The notes under the pieces were generated by a model. The model did no database searches, had not been told where the DNA came from, and saw only the letters and a list, made by a program, of their open reading frames with translations. From the NCBI GenBank assembly GCA_963793425.1, contig CAWCAG010000005.1:1856001-1920000 (forward strand): 64,000 nucleotides of DNA. The letters run 5' to 3'. The DNA comes from an uncultured cyanobacterium. GTDB taxonomy: Bacteria; Cyanobacteriota; Cyanobacteriia; Cyanobacteriales; CAWCAG01. This document shows, one piece after another, positions 17,571 through 26,962 of this stretch (its first letter is position 1; the number at the start of each line of letters is the position of its first letter). The position numbers were made by a program, and so were the translations under genes.

Positions 17571-19625
17571 TTAGGTAGTAGCACTAATATAGGGAGAGTC
17601 GAAACTTTTAACTTGACCTCGATATACCAATCCTTGATAAACCATAGCCGTAGCTTCCCCCCTAGTTACTTCCCTAAGATCGTCTATTTGTTTAGGATCA
17701 GGGTAGTTAACGACAATTTTAGCTTTCGTGGCTGCTGCGGCCGCAGCTAAGGCATAGGGAGCTATATTATAACCATCTTCGTAGTAGTCAAGAATTTCTT
17801 CATCAGCCTGGGGCAAAGCTAAACCACTAGCCAAAGAAACAATTAAATGGATGCGACGCAGATTTTGATTAGGATGAAAAGTCTGGTCAGGGAAGCCAGA
17901 AATAAACCCTGCCCGGTAAGCTTGTTGAATGGCATTACTGCCCCAAAAATCGTAGGGAACATCAATAAATTGAGTAGCAGGGCGAATAGGTTGAGGATTG
18001 AAAACACTAACCAATAAAGCAGCATATTGGGCGCGGTTTATGAAGGTATCGGGTTTATAACTACCATCAGCCAAGCCCCTAACCAGATTCATTTCCCCAA
18101 GGCGAGTAATAAATTCCTTAGCCCAATGTTGTTGAATATCACTGAAGGAAGGAAGATCCAGGTCTGAAGTAACAATATAAGGAGAATTAGTTACTTCTGC
18201 TGTCCCGGTTGTCACTAAAGCTTGATAAATCAAAGCTGCTACTTCCGCCCTGGTAATATCTCGCAGGGGTTCCAAACGTGAAGTTTGGGGATAGTTAACC
18301 ACCAAACCCCTTTGGGTAGCAGTGGCTAAAGCATTGGTAGCATAACTGGGAATTGCGGCGCGATCGCCATAGGACAAAAGGAGGTTAGGATTGCCCCCCA
18401 CTAACCCCAAACCGCTGACTAAGGAGACAATGGCCTGAATCCTGGTTAAATTATTTTGGGGGCGAAATGTCCCATCAGGAAAGCCAGAAATAAAGCCCAT
18501 TGCTGCCGCTTTTTGAATGGCATTAATAGCCCAAAAATCACTCTGGACATCCTTTAACCAAGTTCCCGCAGCAACTTTCCGGGGCAAATCAAAGCTTTTG
18601 GCAATTAAAGCCGCATATTCTGCCCTAGTTAAGCTTGCTTGGGGGCGAAATGTCCCATCAGGAAAACCACTAATGCTCCCTCGATCTACTAACTTGGAAA
18701 TAAAAGTTTCTGCCCAATGTCCAGAAATATCCCTGAAGTTGCTAGGGCCTAACCTCGATCCTACCTTGGTGGCGACAAAAGATACTTCTCCTTTTACCTT
18801 CGCGGGATTAAGTTGATTCCCTACTGAAATAAGATTAAGTTTAGTCTCTTGACGCAAATCAGGAGTATTATCCCGAAGAATATTTCCGGCAGGATCTTGA
18901 GAATTGCCAAAATCAGGTTGGGCATCCCCGGTAACTACCAAACCTCCGCTACTATTTTTCTCTATCAAATTGCGACGTAGTACAGGACGGCTGTGGCGAG
19001 AAAGATAAATACCAATACGATTATTAATTAATTTATTTTCCGCAATTAAAGGAGCGCTATGATCACTTAAAGTAATACCGTAACCCGTTTCTTGGAAAGC
19101 ATTACGCCGCACTTCTCCTTTGGCATTACGGACTAAAAATATGCCCGCAGAGGCATTGCCAATAAAAAGATTATCTTGAATAACTGGCTTACTTTTACCT
19201 GTAACAAAAATCCCCTCACGACCACAATTTGTAAAGGTGTTGCGGGCAATAAAAGGAGAAGCTGATTCAAGCCAAACTCCTGTCCCTTTATTAGCTTGAT
19301 TGGTAACTGTTATCCCCCTCAACTGGGCTTCGTCTTCCAATAACAGCAAGACATTTTGCCTCTGAAAAGTGGGACTATTATACTGACCACTGCCGGAAAT
19401 AATTACCCCTCTCCCTTCAACAGACTCATTACCTAAAACAGCAATACCTTTAGGAATCTTGAGGGGAAACACTTCCCCATTGGCTATGTCATAGGTTCCC
19501 GCAGCCAACTGAATCGCTGTTTCTCCAATACTCCGACTCAAGGCTTTAGTTAAGGTTTTCAAAGGAGAAACAGCACTACCAACGGCATTATCTTTACCTG
19601 TAGCGGGGTTAACGTAAATAGTCAC
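17571..19625 (-). CDS. DUF1565-like beta-helix plus SLH-domain protein
   Basis: YVNP.TG.D...G....P.KT...AL start, parallel beta-helix repeats, and two sets of SLH repeats (GFPDGTFRP). Confidence 0.9.
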   Translation of the reverse strand: MTIYVNPATGKDNAVGSAVSPLKTLTKALSRSIGETAIQLAAGTYDIANGEVFPLKIPKGIAVLGNESVEGRGVIISGSGQYNSPTFQRQNVLLLLEDEAQLRGITVTNQANKGTGVWLESASPFIARNTFTNCGREGIFVTGKSKPVIQDNLFIGNASAGIFLVRNAKGEVRRNAFQETGYGITLSDHSAPLIAENKLINNRIGIYLSRHSRPVLRRNLIEKNSSGGLVVTGDAQPDFGNSQDPAGNILRDNTPDLRQETKLNLISVGNQLNPAKVKGEVSFVATKVGSRLGPSNFRDISGHWAETFISKLVDRGSISGFPDGTFRPQASLTRAEYAALIAKSFDLPRKVAAGTWLKDVQSDFWAINAIQKAAAMGFISGFPDGTFRPQNNLTRIQAIVSLVSGLGLVGGNPNLLLSYGDRAAIPSYATNALATATQRGLVVNYPQTSRLEPLRDITRAEVAALIYQALVTTGTAEVTNSPYIVTSDLDLPSFSDIQQHWAKEFITRLGEMNLVRGLADGSYKPDTFINRAQYAALLVSVFNPQPIRPATQFIDVPYDFWGSNAIQQAYRAGFISGFPDQTFHPNQNLRRIHLIVSLASGLALPQADEEILDYYEDGYNIAPYALAAAAAATKAKIVVNYPDPKQIDDLREVTRGEATAMVYQGLVYRGQVKSFDSPYISATT

Positions 19626-19791
19626 TCTTGTCTATTCTCTATCTTTAGGGTTTTTTCTTTTCTTTTTGGCCGTTTATTATCCTAGAGAAGTAGGAAATAT
19701 GAGCCATAAAAGATGAAACTTTAAAATATAGTAAACTTCCGGATTCACCAGTTTGATCAGCTAACTTATCTCATGTGTAAACTTTCAACCT

Positions 19792-20775
19792 ATGATTGAA
19801 GTTGAAGATTTAGGGAAAATCTACGGTTCAACCCCGGCAATTAAAGATGTCAGCTTTCGCGTTGAGGAGGGAGAAATTCTTGGCTTCCTCGGACCAAATG
19901 GCGCAGGCAAAACTACTACTATGCGGATTTTAGCAGGTTATTTACCGGCTACTAGTGGAACCGCCAGAATTGCTGGGTATGATGTTCGCCAACAGTCTAT
20001 GGACGTGAGGAGGCGGATTGGTTATTTACCAGAGACTCCCCCTCTTTACCAAGATATGACTGTGGAAGGATTTTTACATTTTGTTACCCGCATTAAAGGG
20101 GTAGTCCCCGGCGATCGCGCCCTTAAAGTAAATTCTGCTATTAATCGCTGTGGCCTTAAAGATAAAGGCAAAGTTCTCATTCGTAAACTATCTAAAGGTT
20201 ATCGCCAAAGGGTCGGAATTGCCCAAGCTATTGTTCACAATCCTCCAGTAATTATTTTAGACGAGCCGACGGTAGGTTTAGATCCCAGGCAAATTATTGA
20301 GGTACGTAATCTGATTAAAAGTTTAGGGGGAGAACATACCATCATCCTTTCTACCCACATTTTGCCAGAAGTAAGTATGACCTGTAACCGAGTGGCTATT
20401 ATTAACCGAGGTAAGGTTGCTGCTACCGATACACCAGAAAGTTTGCTGGCAAAGCTAACAGGGAATTCCGGCTATGAAATTGAAGTAGATGGTAACGCCA
20501 AAGAAGTACAACCTTTATTACAAGTCATTCCTGGTGTAATTATCGTTGAGGTTGAACAAACCAAGCAAAGAAGCGATCGCTCTTTAATTAATATCATCTC
20601 CGCCCCTAATTCTGAACCAGGAAGAGATATTGCTGCAGTGATTGTCGGTGCAGGTTTAGGCTTATACGAAATGCGACGTACTCAACCAACCTTAGAAGAT
20701 GTATTTTTGGAACTGACAACTCAGGAGGAGTCAATGATGCCTAACGGCAACGGCAAGCCGTACAGTTATCAATGA
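19792..20775 (+). CDS. ABC transporter ATP-binding protein (GldA-like)
   Basis: GPNGAGKT, LSKGYRQR and ILDEPT. Confidence 0.95.
   Translation: MIEVEDLGKIYGSTPAIKDVSFRVEEGEILGFLGPNGAGKTTTMRILAGYLPATSGTARIAGYDVRQQSMDVRRRIGYLPETPPLYQDMTVEGFLHFVTRIKGVVPGDRALKVNSAINRCGLKDKGKVLIRKLSKGYRQRVGIAQAIVHNPPVIILDEPTVGLDPRQIIEVRNLIKSLGGEHTIILSTHILPEVSMTCNRVAIINRGKVAATDTPESLLAKLTGNSGYEIEVDGNAKEVQPLLQVIPGVIIVEVEQTKQRSDRSLINIISAPNSEPGRDIAAVIVGAGLGLYEMRRTQPTLEDVFLELTTQEESMMPNGNGKPYSYQ
20737..20763 (-). repeat. Small dispersed repeat element, type D, inside the 3' end of the ABC ATPase gene
   Basis: Reverse complement GTACGGCTTGCCGTTGCCGTTAGGCAT; 2 mismatches to the copy at 26213. Confidence 0.8.
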
Positions 20776-20807
20776 TGCCTATAAATAAATGAATATATAA
20801 AAAATAA

Positions 20808-21611
20808 ATGAAAACAATTTTTGCTAACGTTATTGCTATTTACCGCAGAGAATTACAAAGTTACTTTGCTTCCCCGTTTGCTTATATTGTTGCTGGGATA
20901 TTTTGGCTGTTATCCGGCTTCTTTTATGTTTATATACTCTTCGCCCCAGAAGCCGGATTAATTCAAGCAGCAGCGGCAAAAGATCAAACAGGTTTTCCTC
21001 CTGGGGCTTTGGATGTTGCCTATGAATTTTTGAGGGCTTTTTTAACTGTTTTAGGCTCTTTAATTGTATTCTTACTTCCTTTACTTTCCATGGGTCTTTA
21101 TGCTGAAGAACGTAAGCAAGGTACTTTAGAATTATTGGCCACTTCTCCTCTCACTAATTGGGCTATTGCTGTGGGGAAACTTTTAGGAGTAGTCACCTTT
21201 TTCATCACCATGACTATTCCTTTACTAATCTATGAAACTATCACTTTAAGTGCGGCCGAACCTCCCGTACAACCGGGAGTCACTCTGGTTAGTCATTTAG
21301 GTTTGATTTTATTAGCAGCGGCCATACTATCTTTAGGAATGTTTGTTTCTTCCCTTACTGATAGTTCAATTATTGCGGCGGTTGTTACCTTTGCTTTAAT
21401 TTTTCTCCTGTGGATTATTGATTTAATTGGAGAAAGTATTCCGGGACCAGTGGGTGACATCCTCGAACATCTTTCTTTGCTCAAGCATTATAATAATCTG
21501 GTTCAAGGCATTTTTGATACAGGCAGCGTGGTTTTGTTAATTAGCTATATCTTTTTAGGAGTCTTTCTCACAGCCCAATCTATAGAAGCTTTCCGTTTCC
21601 AACGTTCTTAA
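20808..21611 (+). CDS. ABC transporter permease (GldF-like)
   Basis: RELQSYFASP.AY and AEERKQGTLELL.TSP; about six TM segments. Confidence 0.92.
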   Translation: MKTIFANVIAIYRRELQSYFASPFAYIVAGIFWLLSGFFYVYILFAPEAGLIQAAAAKDQTGFPPGALDVAYEFLRAFLTVLGSLIVFLLPLLSMGLYAEERKQGTLELLATSPLTNWAIAVGKLLGVVTFFITMTIPLLIYETITLSAAEPPVQPGVTLVSHLGLILLAAAILSLGMFVSSLTDSSIIAAVVTFALIFLLWIIDLIGESIPGPVGDILEHLSLLKHYNNLVQGIFDTGSVVLLISYIFLGVFLTAQSIEAFRFQRS

Positions 21612-21635
21612 AAAATGATTAATGTTAAATCTTAA

Positions 21636-23189
21636 ATGACCAAGATGTTTAAGTCTCAACAACAACCTTTTAAATATTTATTCTTATTTGGTCCGTTTTT
21701 CTTTACTGCGGGTTTAGTGGCTGGATTGATTTCTGGGATGTGGTCTTCTCTACCGATCATCTTATTAAGTTTAGGTCTAATTATTAGCATCGCCGGACTA
21801 TTTTTCTTCTCACCAAAATCCTCTGATTTTTGGGGTCGTAATTCCATAAAAGCTGGTACAAATGCCTTGATTTCTACCTTGGCAATCTTGATTATTTTAG
21901 GGCTAATTAACTTCATCACGGTACGCTACGGCCCAAAGATAGATTTAACCGAAAATAAAATTCTTACCCTTGCTCCCCAAACCGAAGAAATTCTGCAAAA
22001 ATTAGACCAACCTGTTCAAGTCGTTATTTTTGATCGTCAACTTCATCCTAGCGATCGCAGTCTCCTCCAAGATTATCAACGCCAAACTTCTAACTTTAGC
22101 TACGAACTAGTCGATCCGCAAATTAATTTAGGACTAGCCAAACAGTTTGAATATCAGTCCCCAGGAGAAGTGCATTTAAGCTATGGAACCAAAAAACAAT
22201 TAGTTCAAACTGTCAACGAAAACACGGCACTTTCTGAAGCGTCCTTAAGCAATGCCATAGAGAGAATCCAAAAAGATACTACCCCAAAAATTTACTTCCT
22301 CCAAGGCCACGGTGAACTTTCCTTGGAGTCAGGGGCAGGAGGACTTTCTCAAGCTGTAACTAGCTTAGATGAAACGGGCTATCCTGCTGACCCTTTAACT
22401 TTAGCTGATAGTCCTGATATTCCTGAAGATACAACTACGGTAATTGTTGCTGGGGCGCAACGACCCTTATTTACTGAAGAAGTAGCGGCTTTAAGAAAGT
22501 ATCTTAATAATGGCGGCAGCTTACTACTTTTATTGGAACCTGATGCCAAAACAGGTTTAGACCCCTTACTGAAAGAATGGGGGGTGGTTTTGGATAATCG
22601 TTTAGTTATCGATGCTTCAGGAAGCGGGCGTTTAATTGGTTTGGGGCCAGATACCGCCCTAGTGAATAACTACGGTAACCATCCTATTACAGAAGACTTT
22701 GGTAACGGTATTTCCCTTTACCGCCTAGCTAGGACTATAGATAGTACAGAAAAGCCAGAAATTCAAGCCACAGCTTTATTAATCACCAATGAAGACACTT
22801 GGGCAGAAAGTGATATTGAAGCTGGAGATGTAGAATTTAATGAAGAAAATGACCTCAGTGGCCCCTTGAACTTAGGCTATGCTTTTAGTCGCAGAGATGG
22901 AGAAGAAGATCAGAAAGGCCCTGTATCAAAGTTAGTAGTGATCGGAGACTCTACCTTCGCTAGCAACGGTTGGTTTGAACAGCATCTTGATGGAGATATT
23001 TTCCTCAACTCAGTAAAATGGTTAGGGCAAGAAAAGCAAGAAACCCTTTCTATTAGTGCCAAAGAACAAACCGAACGTCGCCTCAACCTCACCAAAACTC
23101 AAGCAGGAATTCTCGCCTGGAGTGCTATTTTAATTCTGCCAGTTTTGAGTTTTGCTACTGCTGGAGTCGTTTGGTGGCAAAGAAGGTGA
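21636..23189 (+). CDS. GldG-family ABC auxiliary component
   Basis: DLTEN...TL..QT, IYFLQGHGE, LVVIGDS.FA.N and a C-terminal TM ending WWQRR. Confidence 0.9.
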   Translation: MTKMFKSQQQPFKYLFLFGPFFFTAGLVAGLISGMWSSLPIILLSLGLIISIAGLFFFSPKSSDFWGRNSIKAGTNALISTLAILIILGLINFITVRYGPKIDLTENKILTLAPQTEEILQKLDQPVQVVIFDRQLHPSDRSLLQDYQRQTSNFSYELVDPQINLGLAKQFEYQSPGEVHLSYGTKKQLVQTVNENTALSEASLSNAIERIQKDTTPKIYFLQGHGELSLESGAGGLSQAVTSLDETGYPADPLTLADSPDIPEDTTTVIVAGAQRPLFTEEVAALRKYLNNGGSLLLLLEPDAKTGLDPLLKEWGVVLDNRLVIDASGSGRLIGLGPDTALVNNYGNHPITEDFGNGISLYRLARTIDSTEKPEIQATALLITNEDTWAESDIEAGDVEFNEENDLSGPLNLGYAFSRRDGEEDQKGPVSKLVVIGDSTFASNGWFEQHLDGDIFLNSVKWLGQEKQETLSISAKEQTERRLNLTKTQAGILAWSAILILPVLSFATAGVVWWQRR

Positions 23190-23196
23190 AATCATT

Positions 23197-23222
23197 GTTG
23201 GCGTAAGCCTTGCCGTAGGCTA
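23197..23222 (+). repeat. Small dispersed repeat element, type A
   Basis: GTTGGCGTAAGCCTTGCCGTAGGCTA within CATTTAT/CATTAAA heptamers; same 23-nt core at 29128 and 35974. Confidence 0.9.
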
Positions 23223-23249
23223 CATTTATCATTAAACATTAAACATTTA

Positions 23250-23540
23250 TCAAGATACTAAGGCCATCCTTAACAGCCCTTGCTGTCCAATGAGGATTTC
23301 TCTTAAGAGGCTTAAAATTCCTACCCAGATAATCGGGCTGATATCTACTCCTCCGATGGGAGGGACTATTTTACGGGTAGGGATGAGGAAAATTTCTGTG
23401 GGTAAGGCAATCAGCTTAAAAGGAAAGCTGTTGAGGTTGATTTGGGGATACCAAGTGAGGATAATGCGAAAGATGAAAAATAAAGTCAATATCCCCGACA
23501 AAAGACTCAAAATCCAGATAGTTAAGTTGAGAGGACTCAT
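23250..23540 (-). CDS. yggT: YggT-family membrane protein
   Basis: RIILTWYP...P...PTE.FL.P.RK..PP.GGVDISP. Confidence 0.92.
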   Translation of the reverse strand: MSPLNLTIWILSLLSGILTLFFIFRIILTWYPQINLNSFPFKLIALPTEIFLIPTRKIVPPIGGVDISPIIWVGILSLLREILIGQQGLLRMALVS

Positions 23541-23696
23541 AAGTTATTCAGCAAAACAGTATTAAACTTGGTAAACAAACCTGAGTTTATTTTATCTTTG
23601 ATTTTGCTAAGAAAACGACAAATCACCAAAGACAGAGGCTCAAAATAAGATGGTGTCAGTATTTATCTCAATTTGGTGAGAATATTTTCTTTTTAT

Positions 23697-23714
23697 ATGA
23701 CAAACTATTACAAT
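23697..23714 (+). promoter_or_regulatory. Possible HLR1 (RpaB) direct repeat upstream of psbX
   Basis: ATGACAAA-ct-ATTACAAT resembles the (G/T)TTACA(A/T)(A/T)-N2 repeat consensus. Confidence 0.35.
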
Positions 23715-23755
23715 TAATAATCACAATAGTAAATCTTAAAATCTAGGACAGTTCT

Positions 23756-23875
23756 ATGACACCTTCTTTAACAAACTTCTTCTACAGCTTAATAGCTGGC
23801 GGTTTAATCGTGGTTATTCCTGTTGTAGTAGGTTTAGTATTTATTAGCCAAGCAGATAAAGTGAAGCGTTCTTAA
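23756..23875 (+). CDS. psbX: Photosystem II protein X
   Basis: Manual translation MTPSLTNFFYSLIAGGLIVVIPVVVGLVFISQADKVKRS; AGGA upstream; yggT/psbX/ycf66 synteny. Too short for the ORF track. Confidence 0.97.
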   Translation: MTPSLTNFFYSLIAGGLIVVIPVVVGLVFISQADKVKRS

Positions 23876-24026
23876 AAATTTAAGGACTAGGTTAAACAAC
23901 CTGATAATTTTAGGTAGCAAGTTGGGGACAGGAAAATATTCTCCCAGATAGAATTGAATTTCTGCTTTTTCTAGTCCCCATAACCTGTTTAAGCTGCTAC
24001 CATAGGACTGACTTAGGAGAGCAGCA

Positions 24027-24992
24027 ATGGTGAATTTTGGGCTATACTCAACCAGCGTTCTGGCACAAGTAAATATCGGTGGAAGTTCAGCCGTTATTCT
24101 GGGTATTGTGATTGCCGTGTCAGGAGCATTACTTTATTTCCTGCGTTCCATCCGCCCGGAATTATCTAGGGATCATGATATCTTTTTTGCCGCAGTTGGT
24201 TTATTGTGCGGCTTTATTTTAATATTTCAAGGATGGCGACTCGATCCGATTCTACAATTTGGTCAGTTTCTTCTTACTGGCTCAACAATTTTCTTCGCCC
24301 TAGAAACAATTCGTTTACGGGGAGTGGCAACAGAACAAGCGAGGCGCAACACGCCTATTGTAGATGACGAACGCCCTGTAAGTAGAGTTTATCGTGCTGA
24401 GTTAGACGAGTTAGAACCCTACGAAGAAGAACAGGAAAATCGCCGCTTACGGGGTTATCAAGATCCTCGTAGCAATCGTCGCCCCCCAGCAACGGCAACT
24501 ACTTCTGATTACCCTCGTTCTAGCAGTAGAGACAGTCGAGACACCTCAGAACGTGATCGTTATAATTCTCCTTCTAGAGATGATTATAGAGAACGCCCTC
24601 CAAAACGTCGTCCTCGCACAACTCCTGTTGAGAATCCTTATGATGATTGGGGTGATGAAGCTGAAAGTTGGCAAGAAAAGCCAACCACTCCTCCCCAACG
24701 TCCTCCTCGTCGCCCTCGTCCTCAGCGTCCTCCTCAAGAAACCAGAAGTGATGATCGCGCTGACATTCGTAGCAACGACTTACCTAGGCAACCAAGAAAG
24801 CGCCGTCCTCGCCCTTCAGATGTAGGTTACAGCCCTACCCTGGAAGAGGAAGCAATGCCAACGGAGTATGTGGATTATCAACCCATAGATGAGTTAGACG
24901 ACATCCCCAAGGATAAACCTAAAGATCGAGATGAATCTAGCGATCGCCAAGATTCAGAAGTTAAAGATAATCTCGGTAATTTCGATTATTGA
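24027..24992 (+). CDS. ycf66: Ycf66-family protein
   Basis: RPELSRDHDIFFAAVGLLCG.IL.FQGWRLDPILQFGQ, then an R/D/P-rich disordered tail. Confidence 0.95.
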   Translation: MVNFGLYSTSVLAQVNIGGSSAVILGIVIAVSGALLYFLRSIRPELSRDHDIFFAAVGLLCGFILIFQGWRLDPILQFGQFLLTGSTIFFALETIRLRGVATEQARRNTPIVDDERPVSRVYRAELDELEPYEEEQENRRLRGYQDPRSNRRPPATATTSDYPRSSSRDSRDTSERDRYNSPSRDDYRERPPKRRPRTTPVENPYDDWGDEAESWQEKPTTPPQRPPRRPRPQRPPQETRSDDRADIRSNDLPRQPRKRRPRPSDVGYSPTLEEEAMPTEYVDYQPIDELDDIPKDKPKDRDESSDRQDSEVKDNLGNFDY

Positions 24993-25048
24993 ATTGCTAA
25001 CGGCTAGTTGCTAGTGGCTAGTTGCTAATGGTAAAAAATTAAGTACAA

Positions 25049-25612
25049 GTGGGAATGCTATCGGCTACCAATTACAGAATCTTTCGTTTGATTCCCTGGG
25101 GAATCAACTTAAGTTTAATTGTTGCTCTAACAGCTTGTAATTCTGCTGATAGTCCTCAAAAACCTGCTACCCTCAATAGTCGTTACAATGATGAACAACC
25201 AGCTTTAAGCGGAGATGGTCGCCTCTTAGCCTTTGTTTCTAATCGTAAAGGCCACAGCCAGATTGCCCTTTACGACCTAAAAAGAAAGCAACTCATCAAC
25301 CTACCGGGTTTAAATGAGGATAATACCATCACCCAAAATCCGAGTTTAAGTCTCACGGGTCGCTATATTGTCTATATTTCTAGCGACGGCGGCCGCCCCA
25401 CCATCTATCTTTATGATCGCATCACCGAAAAAGCAGAAGTACTTAGCCGCAACTACCGCAGTTGGGTACGCAGCCCCAACATAAGTCCTGATGGGCGTTA
25501 CGTAGTATTTGAATCAGCACGTCGAGGTCAATGGGATGTTGAAATTCTTGATCGAGGTCCTGGTATTGAGTTAGATATTGTTGATGGAACTTCTATTACT
25601 GGACCGGAATAA
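25049..25612 (+). CDS. TolB-like PD40-repeat lipoprotein 1
   Basis: Lipobox LTAC; PALSGDGR, PSLSLTGR and PNISPDGR blades. Confidence 0.88.
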   Translation: MGMLSATNYRIFRLIPWGINLSLIVALTACNSADSPQKPATLNSRYNDEQPALSGDGRLLAFVSNRKGHSQIALYDLKRKQLINLPGLNEDNTITQNPSLSLTGRYIVYISSDGGRPTIYLYDRITEKAEVLSRNYRSWVRSPNISPDGRYVVFESARRGQWDVEILDRGPGIELDIVDGTSITGPE

Positions 25613-25646
25613 ATAAGTAATAAGTAATAAGTAATAAGTAATAAGT
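25612..25646. repeat. Heptamer tandem repeat (AATAAGT)x5
   Basis: aataagtaataagtaataagtaataagtaataagt. Confidence 0.9.
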
Positions 25647-25693
25647 CGATTAAGATTTTGCATAGTTAGCTTTGATAGCTGACCCTAAAGCCA

Positions 25694-26197
25694 ATGACTC
25701 CGAAATATCTACTTCTAGCCCTTCTTAGCAGCTTACTAACCAGTTGTGGAGGTTATCCTCGTCTGCTTAATTCTGCTTTTGATTCTGGGGGACGTAGCTT
25801 AAATAGTCCGGCGGCGGAATTAGAACCAATCATTGCTGCTAATTATATTGTTTTTGTTTCTGATCGAGGTGGTTCTCAGGATATCTATCTTTATAATACT
25901 ACTCAAAAAAAATTAGTTGATTTGCCGGGACTTAATTCTTTAGACGCGATCGCCTCTCATCCTTCTGTCTCTGAAGATGGCCGCTACATTGTTTTTACTG
26001 CCAGTCGCCAAGGTAGGAGGGGAGTTTATCTTTATGACAGGGAAACTACCCAAAGCCGCAACCTTACTACTAAATTAGCAGCAGAAGTACGCAACCCTTC
26101 TATTAGTGCTGATGGTTCCACTATTGCCTTTGAAGCGAATACTGACGGTCAATGGGATATTTTAGTTTATGAAAGTTCTGGCAAGCGTTTAGAGTGA
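25694..26197 (+). CDS. TolB-like PD40-repeat lipoprotein 2
   Basis: Lipobox LTSC; PSVSEDGR and PSISADG. Confidence 0.88.
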   Translation: MTPKYLLLALLSSLLTSCGGYPRLLNSAFDSGGRSLNSPAAELEPIIAANYIVFVSDRGGSQDIYLYNTTQKKLVDLPGLNSLDAIASHPSVSEDGRYIVFTASRQGRRGVYLYDRETTQSRNLTTKLAAEVRNPSISADGSTIAFEANTDGQWDILVYESSGKRLE

Positions 26198-26212
26198 GAA
26201 TCAGTTATCAAT

Positions 26213-26239
26213 GTACGGCTTACCGTTACCGTTAGGCAT
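26213..26239 (+). repeat. Small dispersed repeat element, type D
   Basis: GTACGGCTTACCGTTACCGTTAGGCAT flanked by CAAT/CAAT. Confidence 0.8.
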
Positions 26240-26260
26240 CAATGATCAGTGTAGGGGCTA

Positions 26261-26761
26261 ATGACTAAAAGCTGCGTTTTAATCTGGTTATTACTTGTTT
26301 TAGCTATTAGTGGCTGTACTAATGGATTGTTGGTTTCGCCGCAAATTCCTACTGGGGGAATTAATAGTCGCTCTCCGGATGAGTATCCTAGTTATAGTGG
26401 TGATGGGCGCTATCTTGCTTTTGCTTCTGATCGCCGAGGTCATAGAGATATTTTCCTCTACGATAATCAGAGACGTACCTTAGTCGCTTTACCTAATCTC
26501 AATCATCGTAACTCTAGTCAAGATCAACCTGCCCTGAGTAATAAAGGTCGCTATATCGCCTACATTTCCACAGAAAGGGGCAAAACAGATATTTTCGTTT
26601 ATGACCGCAACAGCCAAAGAAGCCAGCTTTTAAGCGCCAATATTCGTGGTTCTGTACGCTATCCTACTATTACTGGTGATGGTAGTTCTATCGCTTTTCA
26701 AACTAGTCAATTGGGTCAGTGGAATATTGCTATTGTGGAAAGAAATATTTCGCCAGAATAA
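26261..26761 (+). CDS. TolB-like PD40-repeat lipoprotein 3
   Basis: Lipobox ISGC; PSYSGDGR, PALSNKGR and PTITGDG. Confidence 0.88.
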   Translation: MTKSCVLIWLLLVLAISGCTNGLLVSPQIPTGGINSRSPDEYPSYSGDGRYLAFASDRRGHRDIFLYDNQRRTLVALPNLNHRNSSQDQPALSNKGRYIAYISTERGKTDIFVYDRNSQRSQLLSANIRGSVRYPTITGDGSSIAFQTSQLGQWNIAIVERNISPE

Positions 26762-26962
26762 CGGAGACTTGGAGATTGGGTGACTTGGAGAAGATGGAAA
26801 CTATTATTGATATTCTAGTTTCACAACTTATCGGTTAAATTGGAGATTAGTGGGTATCGTGCTTTGATATTTAACTAAGATTTTTTTTCAGCATCGAGAT
26901 TAAAAACCGGGAGTATATACTACCAACCAAGATTTCATTTAAGCGGTAGGGAGTAAATTTTT

